Source: a virus
Lineage: Duplodnaviria > Caudoviricetes
Length of the DNA: 64,000 nucleotides
IMG/VR virus record: IMGVR_UViG_3300021560_000015
Span: 1 to 64,000 of that record
Strand: one strand, 5' to 3'
How positions within the stretch are numbered: the first letter of the stretch is position 1; each line of letters opens with the position of its first letter. Positions 53,397 through 62,382 of the stretch are shown piece after piece. The translations under genes and the position numbers were made by a program. The notes under the pieces were generated by a model, which worked only from the letters and a program-made list of their open reading frames with translations, was not told the origin of the DNA and made no database searches.

Positions 53397-53484
53397 GTGG
53401 GGTGGCCGAGCGGCTGAAGGCGCTGGTCCCGAAAACCAGAGTGGTCGGAGAGGGCCACCGTGGGTTCAAATCCCACCCCCACCG
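53396..53484 (+). tRNA. tRNA-Ser(CGA)
   Basis: GGTGGGG/CCCCACC acceptor stem, G73, long variable arm, CTGGT/ACCAG anticodon stem, GTTCAAATC T-loop; C at position 33; no encoded CCA. Confidence 0.9.
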
Positions 53485-53485
53485 C

Positions 53486-53965
53486 ATGAGTGATCCCATC
53501 CCAGGCGATGACTGGCCGCTGGGCGAGGCGCGCGATTGGTTGCGAGACCGCGTGGAGGATGGGGCATCGTGTCCGTGTTGTCGGCAGTTCGCCAAGGTCT
53601 ACAAGCGGAAGATCAACCACAGTGCGGTGCGCGGGCTGGTGGCGATCTACGCGCAGCGCAACAACGAAAACGGGGGTTACGCGCATCTGCCCTCGCTCGG
53701 ATTGGGACGCCTGGGCGGTGAAGCTGCACGTCTGTCCTACTGGGGGCTGATCGAGGAAGAGCGGGTAGAGCGCGAGGATGGCGGGCGCGCGGGCTGGTGG
53801 CGCATTACACCGCAGGGCATCGACTGGCTGCACTCACGGATTGCGGTGCCCACCTATGCGCGCATCTACGATGGCCGGCTGCTGGGCCTGACCGGTGCCC
53901 CGTGGCGGGTCAAGGATGCGGTCAAGGAACACTTCGATCTGCGGGACCTGATGGAGGGGCTGTAG
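53486..53965 (+). CDS. Hypothetical protein with CPCC motif and winged-helix-like end
   Basis: CPCCRQFAKVYKRKI...L.YWGLIE...W.IT..G. Confidence 0.7.
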   Translation: MSDPIPGDDWPLGEARDWLRDRVEDGASCPCCRQFAKVYKRKINHSAVRGLVAIYAQRNNENGGYAHLPSLGLGRLGGEAARLSYWGLIEEERVEREDGGRAGWWRITPQGIDWLHSRIAVPTYARIYDGRLLGLTGAPWRVKDAVKEHFDLRDLMEGL

Positions 53966-54027
53966 CGCAGCGGTAGCGCATCGCACTGGCAGTGCGAGGG
54001 TCGCGGGTTCAAATCCCGCCAGCTCCA
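53956..54027 (+). tRNA. tRNA-Ala(GGC)
   Basis: GGGGCTG/CAGCTCC with G3:U70, anticodon loop CTGGCAG, GTTCAAATC; no encoded CCA. Confidence 0.95.
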
Positions 54028-54257
54028 CTAGGGGCCCGCAAATGGCCATCCAGGCCTCTTGTGCCGTTCCGTCAGCGGAGTAGCCTCGCAGGGGTCACCC
54101 AGGGAGTTGCCTGGATTTAGAGGGCCAGGGCGGCCCGAGAGCGTTCACCGCGCTCAAGCCGGGCACTTCCCCGAGTCAAGGAGGGGTGCCCTGTGCCCAT
54201 GCGGCCAAGAATATCCAACACCTGCGCGCACGCAAGTGAACGACACGAGATCGTGTC

Positions 54258-54965
54258 ATGAGCATCCGGGCCCTGAACTGGGCATACGAGCAGCCAGCCG
54301 ACATGGGATTGGCGTGCAAAGCCACCCTGGTGGCCCTCGCGAATTACGCCGATGAGCACGGATCCTGCTATCCAGGGCAGGAGCTCCTGGCGCAGATGAC
54401 CGGTCAGAGCACCCGATCGGTACGCCGGCAGATCGCGAAGCTGAAGGATGACCTGAAGCTCATCACCGTTGAGGTGCGCCGTAGCCCTGACGGATCCAAG
54501 AACAGCAATCGCTACTTCCTGGCACTAGAGGACACCATGTCCTCTGGTGAGGACCAGTTGGCCAGTGGTGACCAGCCACAAGAGGACACTGAGGCACACC
54601 TAGAGGACACTGTGTCCGGCCTAGAGGACACACAGTCCTCCGAACCTATAGAAGAACCTAAAGAAGAACCTATAGAACAACGCGCGCCCGCGCGCGCACG
54701 CGCGAGCAGGCTCCCCGACAACTGGAAGCCCAACGCCGATGACCATCGCTGGGCACAGAAGCAGGGCTACGGCGAACTCTTCCTTCGTCGTGAATTGGAG
54801 AAGTTCAAGAACTACTGGGGCGCGAAGTCAGGCAAGGACGCGACCAAGGTCAAGTGGTCGCTGACCTGGCGCAACTGGATGATCAACGCCGATGACTGGA
54901 CCGGCAACAGCGCCGCCAACCACGTCGTCGCCCCGGCTGGTGTCCGCCAGATGGACGTGTACTGA
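54258..54965 (+). CDS. Replication initiator (N-terminal HTH, lambda O/DnaD-like architecture)
   Basis: K.TLVALANYADE.G.CYPGQE.LA.MTG.S.RSVRR; C-terminal F.NYW...K..W..TWRNW. Confidence 0.85.
   Translation: MSIRALNWAYEQPADMGLACKATLVALANYADEHGSCYPGQELLAQMTGQSTRSVRRQIAKLKDDLKLITVEVRRSPDGSKNSNRYFLALEDTMSSGEDQLASGDQPQEDTEAHLEDTVSGLEDTQSSEPIEEPKEEPIEQRAPARARASRLPDNWKPNADDHRWAQKQGYGELFLRRELEKFKNYWGAKSGKDATKVKWSLTWRNWMINADDWTGNSAANHVVAPAGVRQMDVY
54525..54677 (+). repeat. Iteron-like repeats, probable replication origin
   Basis: (CT)AGAGGACAC at 54525, 54581, 54600, 54621; three tandem GAACCTAWAGAA at 54642-54677. Confidence 0.7.
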
Positions 54966-56482
54966 TGCCCGCCCCGCTGCCGCCCGAGATCGAGGCCGTG
55001 CTCGACGGGCTCAAGGCCATCAACGGCCAGTGGATCGCGCGCTGCCCCTCCCACGAGGATCGCAATCCCTCGCTCACCCTCAAGGTGGAAGAGGGCAAGC
55101 TGCTGGTGCACTGCCATGCAGGCTGTGATCCCAAGCTGGTGCTCGACGCGCTCGGCTACAAGCCGCCCAGGCGCGATGACGGCTTCGTGGACATCTACAA
55201 CTACGTCGATGAGCACGGCACGTTGCTGTTTCAGGTGTGCCGGACATCGGATAAGCGCTTCCTGCAACGCCGGCCTGGCTTCGGTGGCGAGTGGATCTGG
55301 AAGTTGGAGAACACCAGGCGGGTGCTGTTCCGGCTACCTGAGCTGATCGAGGCCGATGGCGTTGTCTACATCGCGGAGGGCGAGCGCGATGTGCTGGCTC
55401 TGGTCGGCATTGGCAAGGTGGCCACCTGCAATCCGGGCGGAGCGGGCAAGTGGCGCCCTGAGTATGCGGAGCACTTCAAGGGCGCCAACGTCATCGTGTT
55501 CATCGACAAGGACCAGCCTGGTCGCGAACACGGCAAAACGATCGCGGCCAGCTTGGAAGGTGTGGCCGAGCACGTCTGGCTGCGCCAGGCCGCTGATCCG
55601 CACAAGGACATCGCGGCGCACCTAGCTGCTGGGCTCACCCTCGAGCAAACTCTCCCCGCCGTTCTCGATGACCCACCGGCGGAGATCCTCGGTCCGGATG
55701 ACCTGCTGGACGTGATCAACTCGGTCGAGCCCGATCACGACTGGCTGGTCGAGGGGCTGCTGGAGAAGGGCAGCCGGCTGATCCTCACCGGATCCGAGGG
55801 GCTGGGCAAGAGCAGCTGGCTGCGTGCCTTCGGTGTCCAGCTGGCCGCTGGCATCCACCCCGTCACCTTCGCGCACATCGAGCCCTTGCGCGTGCTGATG
55901 ATAGACGCGGAAAACAGCCGCGGTCAGGTCCGCTTCGAGGCGCGTCACCAGGTCCGGCAGGCTCTTGCAATGGGGCGCCCACTGCGCGCAGGTATGTTCC
56001 GTGTAGTCATCGACCCGGCGGGATTGGACCTGACCCAGGACGCCGATGCCGAATGGCTCTGCGAACAGGTGCAAAGTGTTCGACCGCATGTGCTCATTCT
56101 GGGCCCTGCCTATCGGTTGTACTGCGGCAATCCGAATGATGAGGAACTGGCTCGCAAACTGACCAAGGTGCTCGATCGGGCTCGTGAGCTGTGCGGCTGT
56201 GCGGTACTGCTCGAAGCCCACGCCGGCCATGCTGAGATCCCAGGCAAGCAGCGGCAGCTACGTCCGGCCGGCTCGAGTCTGTGGCTGCGTTGGCCGGAGT
56301 TTGGCTTTGGGCTGCGTCGTCGGGCTGGCGACACCGCGATGAACCCAGCCGAGATCAGCCTCGAGGCCTGGCGTCCGCCGCGTGTCGGTGATACCTGCTG
56401 GCCGCAGGAGCTGGGATGGTCACACGAGTGGCGGGCATGGACGCCGTCATTGACCCGAGCGGAGCAGATGGAGAGTTCATGA
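54965..56482 (+). CDS. Primase-helicase (Zn-binding, TOPRIM, RecA-type AAA_25)
   Basis: CPSHEDRNPSL...CHAGC; VYIAEGERD; GSEGLGKS Walker A. Confidence 0.9.
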   Translation: MPAPLPPEIEAVLDGLKAINGQWIARCPSHEDRNPSLTLKVEEGKLLVHCHAGCDPKLVLDALGYKPPRRDDGFVDIYNYVDEHGTLLFQVCRTSDKRFLQRRPGFGGEWIWKLENTRRVLFRLPELIEADGVVYIAEGERDVLALVGIGKVATCNPGGAGKWRPEYAEHFKGANVIVFIDKDQPGREHGKTIAASLEGVAEHVWLRQAADPHKDIAAHLAAGLTLEQTLPAVLDDPPAEILGPDDLLDVINSVEPDHDWLVEGLLEKGSRLILTGSEGLGKSSWLRAFGVQLAAGIHPVTFAHIEPLRVLMIDAENSRGQVRFEARHQVRQALAMGRPLRAGMFRVVIDPAGLDLTQDADAEWLCEQVQSVRPHVLILGPAYRLYCGNPNDEELARKLTKVLDRARELCGCAVLLEAHAGHAEIPGKQRQLRPAGSSLWLRWPEFGFGLRRRAGDTAMNPAEISLEAWRPPRVGDTCWPQELGWSHEWRAWTPSLTRAEQMESS

Positions 56483-56733
56483 CGGGTACCGAGGACATCC
56501 AGATGTGGGCCGGCCGGCACCTGGGCGTGCGGCACTTTGAACCGCTGTTCAGCTACAAGCATTTGCCTGAGCATCTGCAGCTGATCAGCCAGCCGTTCTC
56601 GGCGCTCGCGGAGAAGCTGCTCGCTGCTCTACAGGATGGCCAGGAGCTGTCGGTGTGCCTACGTAAGCTGCTCGAGGCCAAGGATGCCGCGGTGCGACAG
56701 GCGATGTTGGATCATGAAGGCATCACTGCCTGA
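56479..56733 (+). CDS. Hypothetical phage protein
   Basis: F.Y.HLP.HLQ.IS.PF...LRKLLEAKD.AVR. Confidence 0.75.
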   Translation: MTGTEDIQMWAGRHLGVRHFEPLFSYKHLPEHLQLISQPFSALAEKLLAALQDGQELSVCLRKLLEAKDAAVRQAMLDHEGITA

Positions 56734-57013
56734 GCACATCTGGACCGGCCACATCGTCCAGCCCTGCCACTGGCCGGTCGCGGTGTACCGCGAGGAGCTG
56801 CACGAGCTGTGCTGGCGATATGGTCATGATCCAAAGCGGGTGGCCTGGATCGAGTACGACGTGATTGACGCTCCACTGTTCCGTTTCGCGGTCTTTGAGT
56901 GGAATGAGAACGATCGTCCCTACCTGGATCTAGAGACCGGAAAGGCGGCCATGCACTTCGATGAGCACCTGCTTGAGGGTCAGTTGCCCAGCTGGTGGCG
57001 GCCCAGTGCCTGA
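56714..57013 (+). CDS. Hypothetical protein
   Basis: Overlapping ORF, coding bias. Confidence 0.55.
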   Translation: MKASLPEHIWTGHIVQPCHWPVAVYREELHELCWRYGHDPKRVAWIEYDVIDAPLFRFAVFEWNENDRPYLDLETGKAAMHFDEHLLEGQLPSWWRPSA

Positions 57014-57215
57014 TTTCGAGTACGGCGTGCTGTGGCGGTACAAGGACGGCCGGGAGCACGTGGGAGGTGGCTACACGCTGGCCGGCGCACGCAATGAGGT
57101 CCGCGGGTGTGGCGGCAAGGGCTTCGAGCCCAAGGCGATCGAGGTGATGATGCGACCCACCGCGCGGTGGCGCCCGTTCAGTCAGGGGCCGACCGAATCC
57201 GGATCGAGCTCATAG
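57006..57215 (+). CDS. Hypothetical protein
   Basis: GTG overlap with upstream gene. Confidence 0.5.
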   Translation: MPDFEYGVLWRYKDGREHVGGGYTLAGARNEVRGCGGKGFEPKAIEVMMRPTARWRPFSQGPTESGSSS

Positions 57216-57442
57216 GTGCTTAGGTTGCCCTGGTCGGTCACCAAGATCTGGAACCACTTGCCACCTGGTGAGATGAGGATCAGCTTCGGCGCGACGATGA
57301 CCGGTCTGCCGTTGGCCGGGGTCGAGAACATGTCATAGAGCATCGCCTGCATGCCAGGGTGATAGCCGTACCAGGCGTTCTCACCGTTCACGGCATCCGG
57401 CGGTGGGGTGATCTGGGTAGCGGGCGCTGCGGGCTGGGTCAT
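57182..57442 (-). CDS. Isolated leftward gene with tail-fibre-like C-terminal motif
   Basis: LILISPGGKWFQILVTDQGNLST; preceded by a late-promoter-like element. Confidence 0.6.
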   Translation of the reverse strand: MTQPAAPATQITPPPDAVNGENAWYGYHPGMQAMLYDMFSTPANGRPVIVAPKLILISPGGKWFQILVTDQGNLSTYELDPDSVGP

Positions 57443-57473
57443 GCCTCTAGCATCAGCCTGCCCACCATCCGTG
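57443..57473 (-). promoter_or_regulatory. Degenerate late-promoter copy, leaderless
   Basis: CACGG...GATGCT-6 nt-ATG with the same spacing. Confidence 0.5.
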
Positions 57474-57506
57474 ATCGCACCCCAACGCACCCGTCTGGTG
57501 GTCAAG

Positions 57507-57537
57507 GACGGGCTGCGCGGGGCGCGAGACTGAGGCT
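57507..57537 (+). promoter_or_regulatory. Putative late promoter, leaderless, for endolysin
   Basis: GACGGGCTGCGC-7 nt-GAGACT-6 nt-GTG. Confidence 0.7.
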
Positions 57538-58350
57538 GTGGCAGTCATCCAGGGGGTGGACTACTCCTTCGACCATCCCACGCCGGCCGAGCTCCAGCAG
57601 GCGGGCAAGAAGTTCGCGTGTCGCTACGTCTATCCGCACAGCCAGGCACCCAACACCAAGAACCTAACTCGAGCCGAGGCCACCGCACTGCAGGCTCATG
57701 GTGTCGAGGTGGTGTCCAACTTCGAGTCCACATCCGGGCGGGCAATGGCCGGCTTCAACGCCGGTCGGGACGATGCTCGTGTGGCCAGCCTGCAGCATGG
57801 TGAGTGCGGCGGACCCAAGGACCGGCCGATCTACTTCTCGGTGGATATCGACACCGCTCCGAGTGATTACCCCAAGCTGGACCAGTACCTCAAGGGCGTG
57901 GCCAGCGTGCTCGGGGTGGCGCGCACCGGGGTGTACGGCGAGTACGACCTGGTCAAGCACGCGATGGACAACGGGCTGGTGGGCAGAAGCTCGAGCGCTG
58001 GCTTCTTCTGGGCCTGGCAGACCTACGCCTGGAGTGCTGGCAAGTACGACGAGCGATGCGCCTGCGCGCAGGACAAGAACAACGTCAAGCTGGGCTCGGG
58101 CACCGTGGACCTGGACAGTGCGCACTGCCCGGACTACGGACAGTGGGGATTCAAGGCAGTGACCAAACCACCGGTGAAGCCACCGGCCAAACCGCCCGTC
58201 AAGCCGCCGGCCAAACCACCCGACAAGCCCAGGCCCAAGGGCCAGGAGGTGGGCAAGGTCGGGGACACCCACCTGATCCTGTGGGACACCGGCGACCTGA
58301 CAGTGCGCAAGGCCGGCAAGCACCTCTACACAGTGCCGAGAGGCAAATGA
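57538..58350 (+). CDS. Endolysin, DUF1906/GH25-like glycoside hydrolase with Pro-Lys linker
   Basis: GVDYS...FACRY...K.LT..E...VVSNFE...IYFSVD.D...Y..G...GVYG...WQTYAWS; KPPVKPPAKPP repeats. Confidence 0.85.
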   Translation: MAVIQGVDYSFDHPTPAELQQAGKKFACRYVYPHSQAPNTKNLTRAEATALQAHGVEVVSNFESTSGRAMAGFNAGRDDARVASLQHGECGGPKDRPIYFSVDIDTAPSDYPKLDQYLKGVASVLGVARTGVYGEYDLVKHAMDNGLVGRSSSAGFFWAWQTYAWSAGKYDERCACAQDKNNVKLGSGTVDLDSAHCPDYGQWGFKAVTKPPVKPPAKPPVKPPAKPPDKPRPKGQEVGKVGDTHLILWDTGDLTVRKAGKHLYTVPRGK

Positions 58351-58541
58351 GCACCCAGTTCGGTCCGATCACCATCACCATGCCGCAGTGGTGCCAGTGG
58401 AACCACGCCCACAAGGAGCACTGGTGGGACTTCGGCAAGTACACCTATCGCTGCCCCGGTCTGAGTGAGACCGTTCGCCTGGAGCACGTGAACATCGGGG
58501 TGGACTACGGCGAATCCAGCGAAGACAACCCATCGAGTTAG
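58347..58541 (+). CDS. Hypothetical protein
   Basis: ATGA overlap. Confidence 0.55.
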   Translation: MSTQFGPITITMPQWCQWNHAHKEHWWDFGKYTYRCPGLSETVRLEHVNIGVDYGESSEDNPSS

Positions 58542-58550
58542 GAGCAAGAC

Positions 58551-58826
58551 ATGACCGAGTCCGAAGAGACCGCAGCGGCCGATGAGGTCCCAGATGCTGA
58601 TGTCACGCACCGCACCGGCTATGACGACCCGCCCGTTGCGATGCCCACCGATGGCCCGTTCGGGGTCGAGGGGCAGGACGAGGAAGTCGCAGCTGCCCAG
58701 GAAGCGGCCGCAGCCCAGAATGCGGCAACCCAGGAAGCCCTGACCGGCGACAACCCGCCCGGTGCGGGTGGCTCGGTAGCCGGCGCTGAGGCCGCAGCAG
58801 AGGAAGAGCCAGCAGCCGAGGAGTAA
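58551..58826 (+). CDS. Acidic Ala/Glu-rich hypothetical protein
   Basis: RBS AGGAG. Confidence 0.6.
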   Translation: MTESEETAAADEVPDADVTHRTGYDDPPVAMPTDGPFGVEGQDEEVAAAQEAAAAQNAATQEALTGDNPPGAGGSVAGAEAAAEEEPAAEE

Positions 58827-58829
58827 GCG

Positions 58830-59204
58830 GTGGCCGAGGTCTATGGGCCCTATCGAGGCAAGGTGCGCGACTGGCATGACGGTGACACCTGCCATCTCGA
58901 CCTGGACCTAGGCTTCGGCCAGGCGCTGTTGGCCTACAACCCGATCACCGGTAAGCCACAGACCAGCGCACGCATCTACGGCATTGACGCACCAGAGCTG
59001 AACACCGAAGCCGGCAAGACGGCGTTGCGTGCCGCTGCTGGGCTGTGCCCACCGGGCACCATCGTGAATGTGCTGTCCCATGGTTGGGACAAGTACGGCG
59101 GGCGCTTCGATGCCAGCCTGATGCTGCCGGATGGTCAGAACTTCGCCACCGTGATGGTCAACGCCGGGCATGCGGTCGAGTACTTCGGCGGGACTAAGGC
59201 ATGA
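58830..59204 (+). CDS. Thermonuclease (SNase) family protein
   Basis: WHDGDT...RIYGIDAPEL...G..A...DKYGGR. Confidence 0.85.
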   Translation: MAEVYGPYRGKVRDWHDGDTCHLDLDLGFGQALLAYNPITGKPQTSARIYGIDAPELNTEAGKTALRAAAGLCPPGTIVNVLSHGWDKYGGRFDASLMLPDGQNFATVMVNAGHAVEYFGGTKA

Positions 59205-59569
59205 GCAGCGAACCGCGCACCGATGTGGGCGTCTATGGGGTGGTCGCCGGCAGTGCACTGTCCATCACGCTGACCAGCGTGGACAACAACAACAACCCCT
59301 ATCCGCTGACCGGCTACGCCACCACCTGGACATCGCATCTACGGCCTTCCCCGCTGGGCAGCCCCACCATCAACTTCACGGTGGACTCGAGCAAGGCCGC
59401 TCAAGGCATCCTGGTGCTCAGCCTGACTGGGACCATCACCAACACGATGGACCTGACCACCGAGGGTGTGGCGAACTGGTATTTCGATGTGCAGGGCACC
59501 GGTGGGAGCGTGAGCCCGCAGACCCCATTCCGTGGCCGGGTGGATGTCTACCAGCCCTACACCCCCTAG
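59201..59569 (+). CDS. Putative virion structural protein (Ig/BppU-like)
   Basis: PYPLTGY...F.V....G...L.LT..T.....YFDVQ. Confidence 0.55.
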   Translation: MSSEPRTDVGVYGVVAGSALSITLTSVDNNNNPYPLTGYATTWTSHLRPSPLGSPTINFTVDSSKAAQGILVLSLTGTITNTMDLTTEGVANWYFDVQGTGGSVSPQTPFRGRVDVYQPYTP

Positions 59570-59578
59570 GAGCAACGC

Positions 59579-59773
59579 GTGCCCGCCTACAACACCAGGG
59601 TCGTCTTCCCCAGTCCACCCACGGGACAGGTGATGGCGGGCGCGACCACGGTCCAGATCACGATGCTCGGCGGACCAGCTGGGCCACAGGGGCCGCAGGG
59701 TATTCCGGGCCCAGCCGGCCCACCGTCGATGTCCAAGGCCCAGGTCACCTCCTATCAGATCGCGCTGGGCTAA
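59579..59773 (+). CDS. Small protein with short collagen-like GXY run
   Basis: GPAGPQGPQGIPGPAGP. Confidence 0.6.
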   Translation: MPAYNTRVVFPSPPTGQVMAGATTVQITMLGGPAGPQGPQGIPGPAGPPSMSKAQVTSYQIALG

Positions 59774-59776
59774 GCC

Positions 59777-62329
59777 ATGAAGACCGTGCTGAGCAACTAC
59801 GTCTTCAACCCGGCAGCCAAGACCATCACCTTCCCGAACTACCCGCTGATGGCTGCCCAGGGTTCGATCCTGCTGGTGTCCAACACCACCCGCCGGGTCG
59901 ACTACTACCTCTACAACGACGGCACCCTGACCGGCACCACTGCCGGCAATGTGCTCACGCTGGCCTACGACACCACCGGCCACAGTTCGACCGATGACCT
60001 ACTCATCTACTACGACGACGGGTTGCAGTCCCAGCTGATGGCTGGCGTCCGCAAGGACTGGCACGACGAGTTCGACCAGGGCATCAGCCCCAACAACTGG
60101 ACCACCGTCAACCCGGACGGGCACGTCATCACCTTGGGTGGCAACTCCGCCGGCTCCTGCTACGGGCGCATCTCACTCTCGCCGCTGCTGGAGTCCACCG
60201 AAGTCACCATCACCAGCAGGGAGACGTTCAACATTCCGATCCGCACCGGATTCGGGGTCAGCCTGTCCCAACGCATCGTTGGCCAGGAGATCTTCTACGG
60301 CATCGTCGGTGATGACGGTGCTGGCAATGTCGACTTCTCTGCGCCGCCGTGGAATGGCGGCAACGACATGAACATGCCTGCTTCGGTCGTGGTGGCAGTG
60401 GCCAACGTGGTGCCCATCATCATCAACAGCCACGGTTTGAACAGCGGCGATCGGGTCAACATCTACGGTTGCCAAGACTCGCGGATCAACGCTGGCCCGA
60501 TGGTGGTCACGGTGGTCGACCAGAACACCTTCAGCCTGCCCATAACCGCGGGCATCGCGACCTACACCACCACCGGTGGCAAGGTCCGGCTGATCGACCA
60601 GTTCCGCTACGCCCTCAATGGCTCCGGCTATCTGATGGAAAACGCCATCGCCACCAACGCCTCCGCGGTCACCCGGCGTAACGGCTCCAAGGCGCGCACC
60701 ACCAACATCACCATCGCTACCTCTGGCGCGACCCAGACCAACGTTGGCCCGTATGCGGATGCCTTCAACACCGGCAGCATCTACGAGGCCCAGTACACCG
60801 CAGAGGAGACCAGCTTCCGCTCCTTCCCTGCCGATGCCGGCACCGTGGCCAGCGCCGTGCAGAAGTACTCCCAGACGCTGCCCGACGAAACGCGGAACTA
60901 CCACCTACACGTCCGCGCTCGCAATCTCGCCGGCTTCACCCGGCCGATCGCGCGCATCACCGCCATCGCCAAGACCGGCACTACCACGGCCACCGTGACC
61001 ACCGATGTGCCACATGGGCTGACCACCCTGGACTGGATCCAGATCTACGGCGTGCGGGATCAGACCAACTTCCCCAACCTCGCGGTGGCGACTGCGGTGG
61101 CGAGCGTGGTGGACACCACCCACTTCACCGTGGTGATCGGTACCGCCAGCTCCACCTCGAGCCTGGATGGCACGGTCTACCGGGTGCAGGGCGGCGTGCT
61201 GGCACCGGGCATCTTCGCCCAGGTCGCCCAATCACTGTCAGCCACCGCCAACATCCTCACCGTGATCGGCAACGCGACCTGGACCACGCCGTTGCCTGGC
61301 GAGTTCATGTACCTCTACGGGCTGAACTCGGCAGTGTCTGCCTACGAGGGTGCCTACAAGGTGCTGCGAGTGTCCACCACGACGCTCGAGCTCGCGCCGG
61401 CCAGCGGCAGCCTGACACCCATCGCATCGACCAACACCGGCGGTGCGCTGATCCGGATGACCGACGTGCGGCTGCACTTCGCGCGCGTCTTCGACCACAC
61501 CCGGCTACCCACCGAGATCATCGGCGGGCGCGGCAACAGCATCGACCTGAACAACGCTGTCACCGTCTATGTCGGCTCCGGCGCTGTGTCCGCCTCACAA
61601 TCCACCGGCATCAGCACCAGCCAGTGGAGCGCGGCCGGCTGGGGCGGCTTCCTGGTCGCGGACATCGCTTCTGCCGCGATCACCACGACCACCACTACGG
61701 CGGCGATCTCGCCTGGCTCGAACATCACCGTGGGCACCTACGCGCACTCGTTCAATATCGTGGTCACCGCGGCCACCGGTACCACGCCCACGATGGACGT
61801 GGTGGTGCAGGAGTCCATCGACAACGGCACCAACTGGATCGACGTATACCACTTCGAGCGGATCACCGCGGTGGGCTTCTACACCAGCCCGTTGATCCGC
61901 GCCCAGTACGGCACCCGCTATCGCTACGTGCAGACCATCGGCGGCACCACGCCCAGCTTCACGCGCGCGCTGAACCGGGTGGAGTTCTCCACACCAGGAC
62001 TGAACCTGCGCCGTTTCTTCGACCGCACCGTGTCGCCCAACACGCTCAACTCGACCACCGCGGTCTGGTACGTGGAGGGCTGCGACACCTTCCAGCTGAC
62101 CGTCAACATGGGCGCAGCCACCACGCCGCCGCAGTTCCAGCTGCAGGGCAGCGAGGACGGCACTACCTGGTTCAACCTGGGCGCCGCGCTGACTTCGGTG
62201 GCCAGCTCCACCGTCAACGCGCTGGTCACCGGCGCGCTGCCCAAGCTGGCCCGAGTCAATGTCTCCAGCGCCGGCTCGGCGGCCACCCTGGGTTACGTCG
62301 CATTGAAGGCAGTCTCCAACAATGGTTAG
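59777..62329 (+). CDS. Tail fibre / receptor-binding-like structural protein
   Basis: 850 aa Thr/Val-rich beta protein; repeated H-G-L..GD.V.IYG modules. Confidence 0.65.
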   Translation: MKTVLSNYVFNPAAKTITFPNYPLMAAQGSILLVSNTTRRVDYYLYNDGTLTGTTAGNVLTLAYDTTGHSSTDDLLIYYDDGLQSQLMAGVRKDWHDEFDQGISPNNWTTVNPDGHVITLGGNSAGSCYGRISLSPLLESTEVTITSRETFNIPIRTGFGVSLSQRIVGQEIFYGIVGDDGAGNVDFSAPPWNGGNDMNMPASVVVAVANVVPIIINSHGLNSGDRVNIYGCQDSRINAGPMVVTVVDQNTFSLPITAGIATYTTTGGKVRLIDQFRYALNGSGYLMENAIATNASAVTRRNGSKARTTNITIATSGATQTNVGPYADAFNTGSIYEAQYTAEETSFRSFPADAGTVASAVQKYSQTLPDETRNYHLHVRARNLAGFTRPIARITAIAKTGTTTATVTTDVPHGLTTLDWIQIYGVRDQTNFPNLAVATAVASVVDTTHFTVVIGTASSTSSLDGTVYRVQGGVLAPGIFAQVAQSLSATANILTVIGNATWTTPLPGEFMYLYGLNSAVSAYEGAYKVLRVSTTTLELAPASGSLTPIASTNTGGALIRMTDVRLHFARVFDHTRLPTEIIGGRGNSIDLNNAVTVYVGSGAVSASQSTGISTSQWSAAGWGGFLVADIASAAITTTTTTAAISPGSNITVGTYAHSFNIVVTAATGTTPTMDVVVQESIDNGTNWIDVYHFERITAVGFYTSPLIRAQYGTRYRYVQTIGGTTPSFTRALNRVEFSTPGLNLRRFFDRTVSPNTLNSTTAVWYVEGCDTFQLTVNMGAATTPPQFQLQGSEDGTTWFNLGAALTSVASSTVNALVTGALPKLARVNVSSAGSAATLGYVALKAVSNNG

Positions 62330-62382
62330 CGCAAACGTGGAACACGGCTAATCTGGCCCCAACATGTACGGAGGGGGGCGTG

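Noticed and set aside
53396-54027. tRNAs as prophage attachment sites or host boundary
   Set aside because: Phage-type genes continue on both sides, and no integrase or duplicated tRNA 3' fragment is seen.
58160-58240. KPP tandem repeats as a novel repeat element
   Set aside because: Ordinary Pro/Lys linker of an endolysin.
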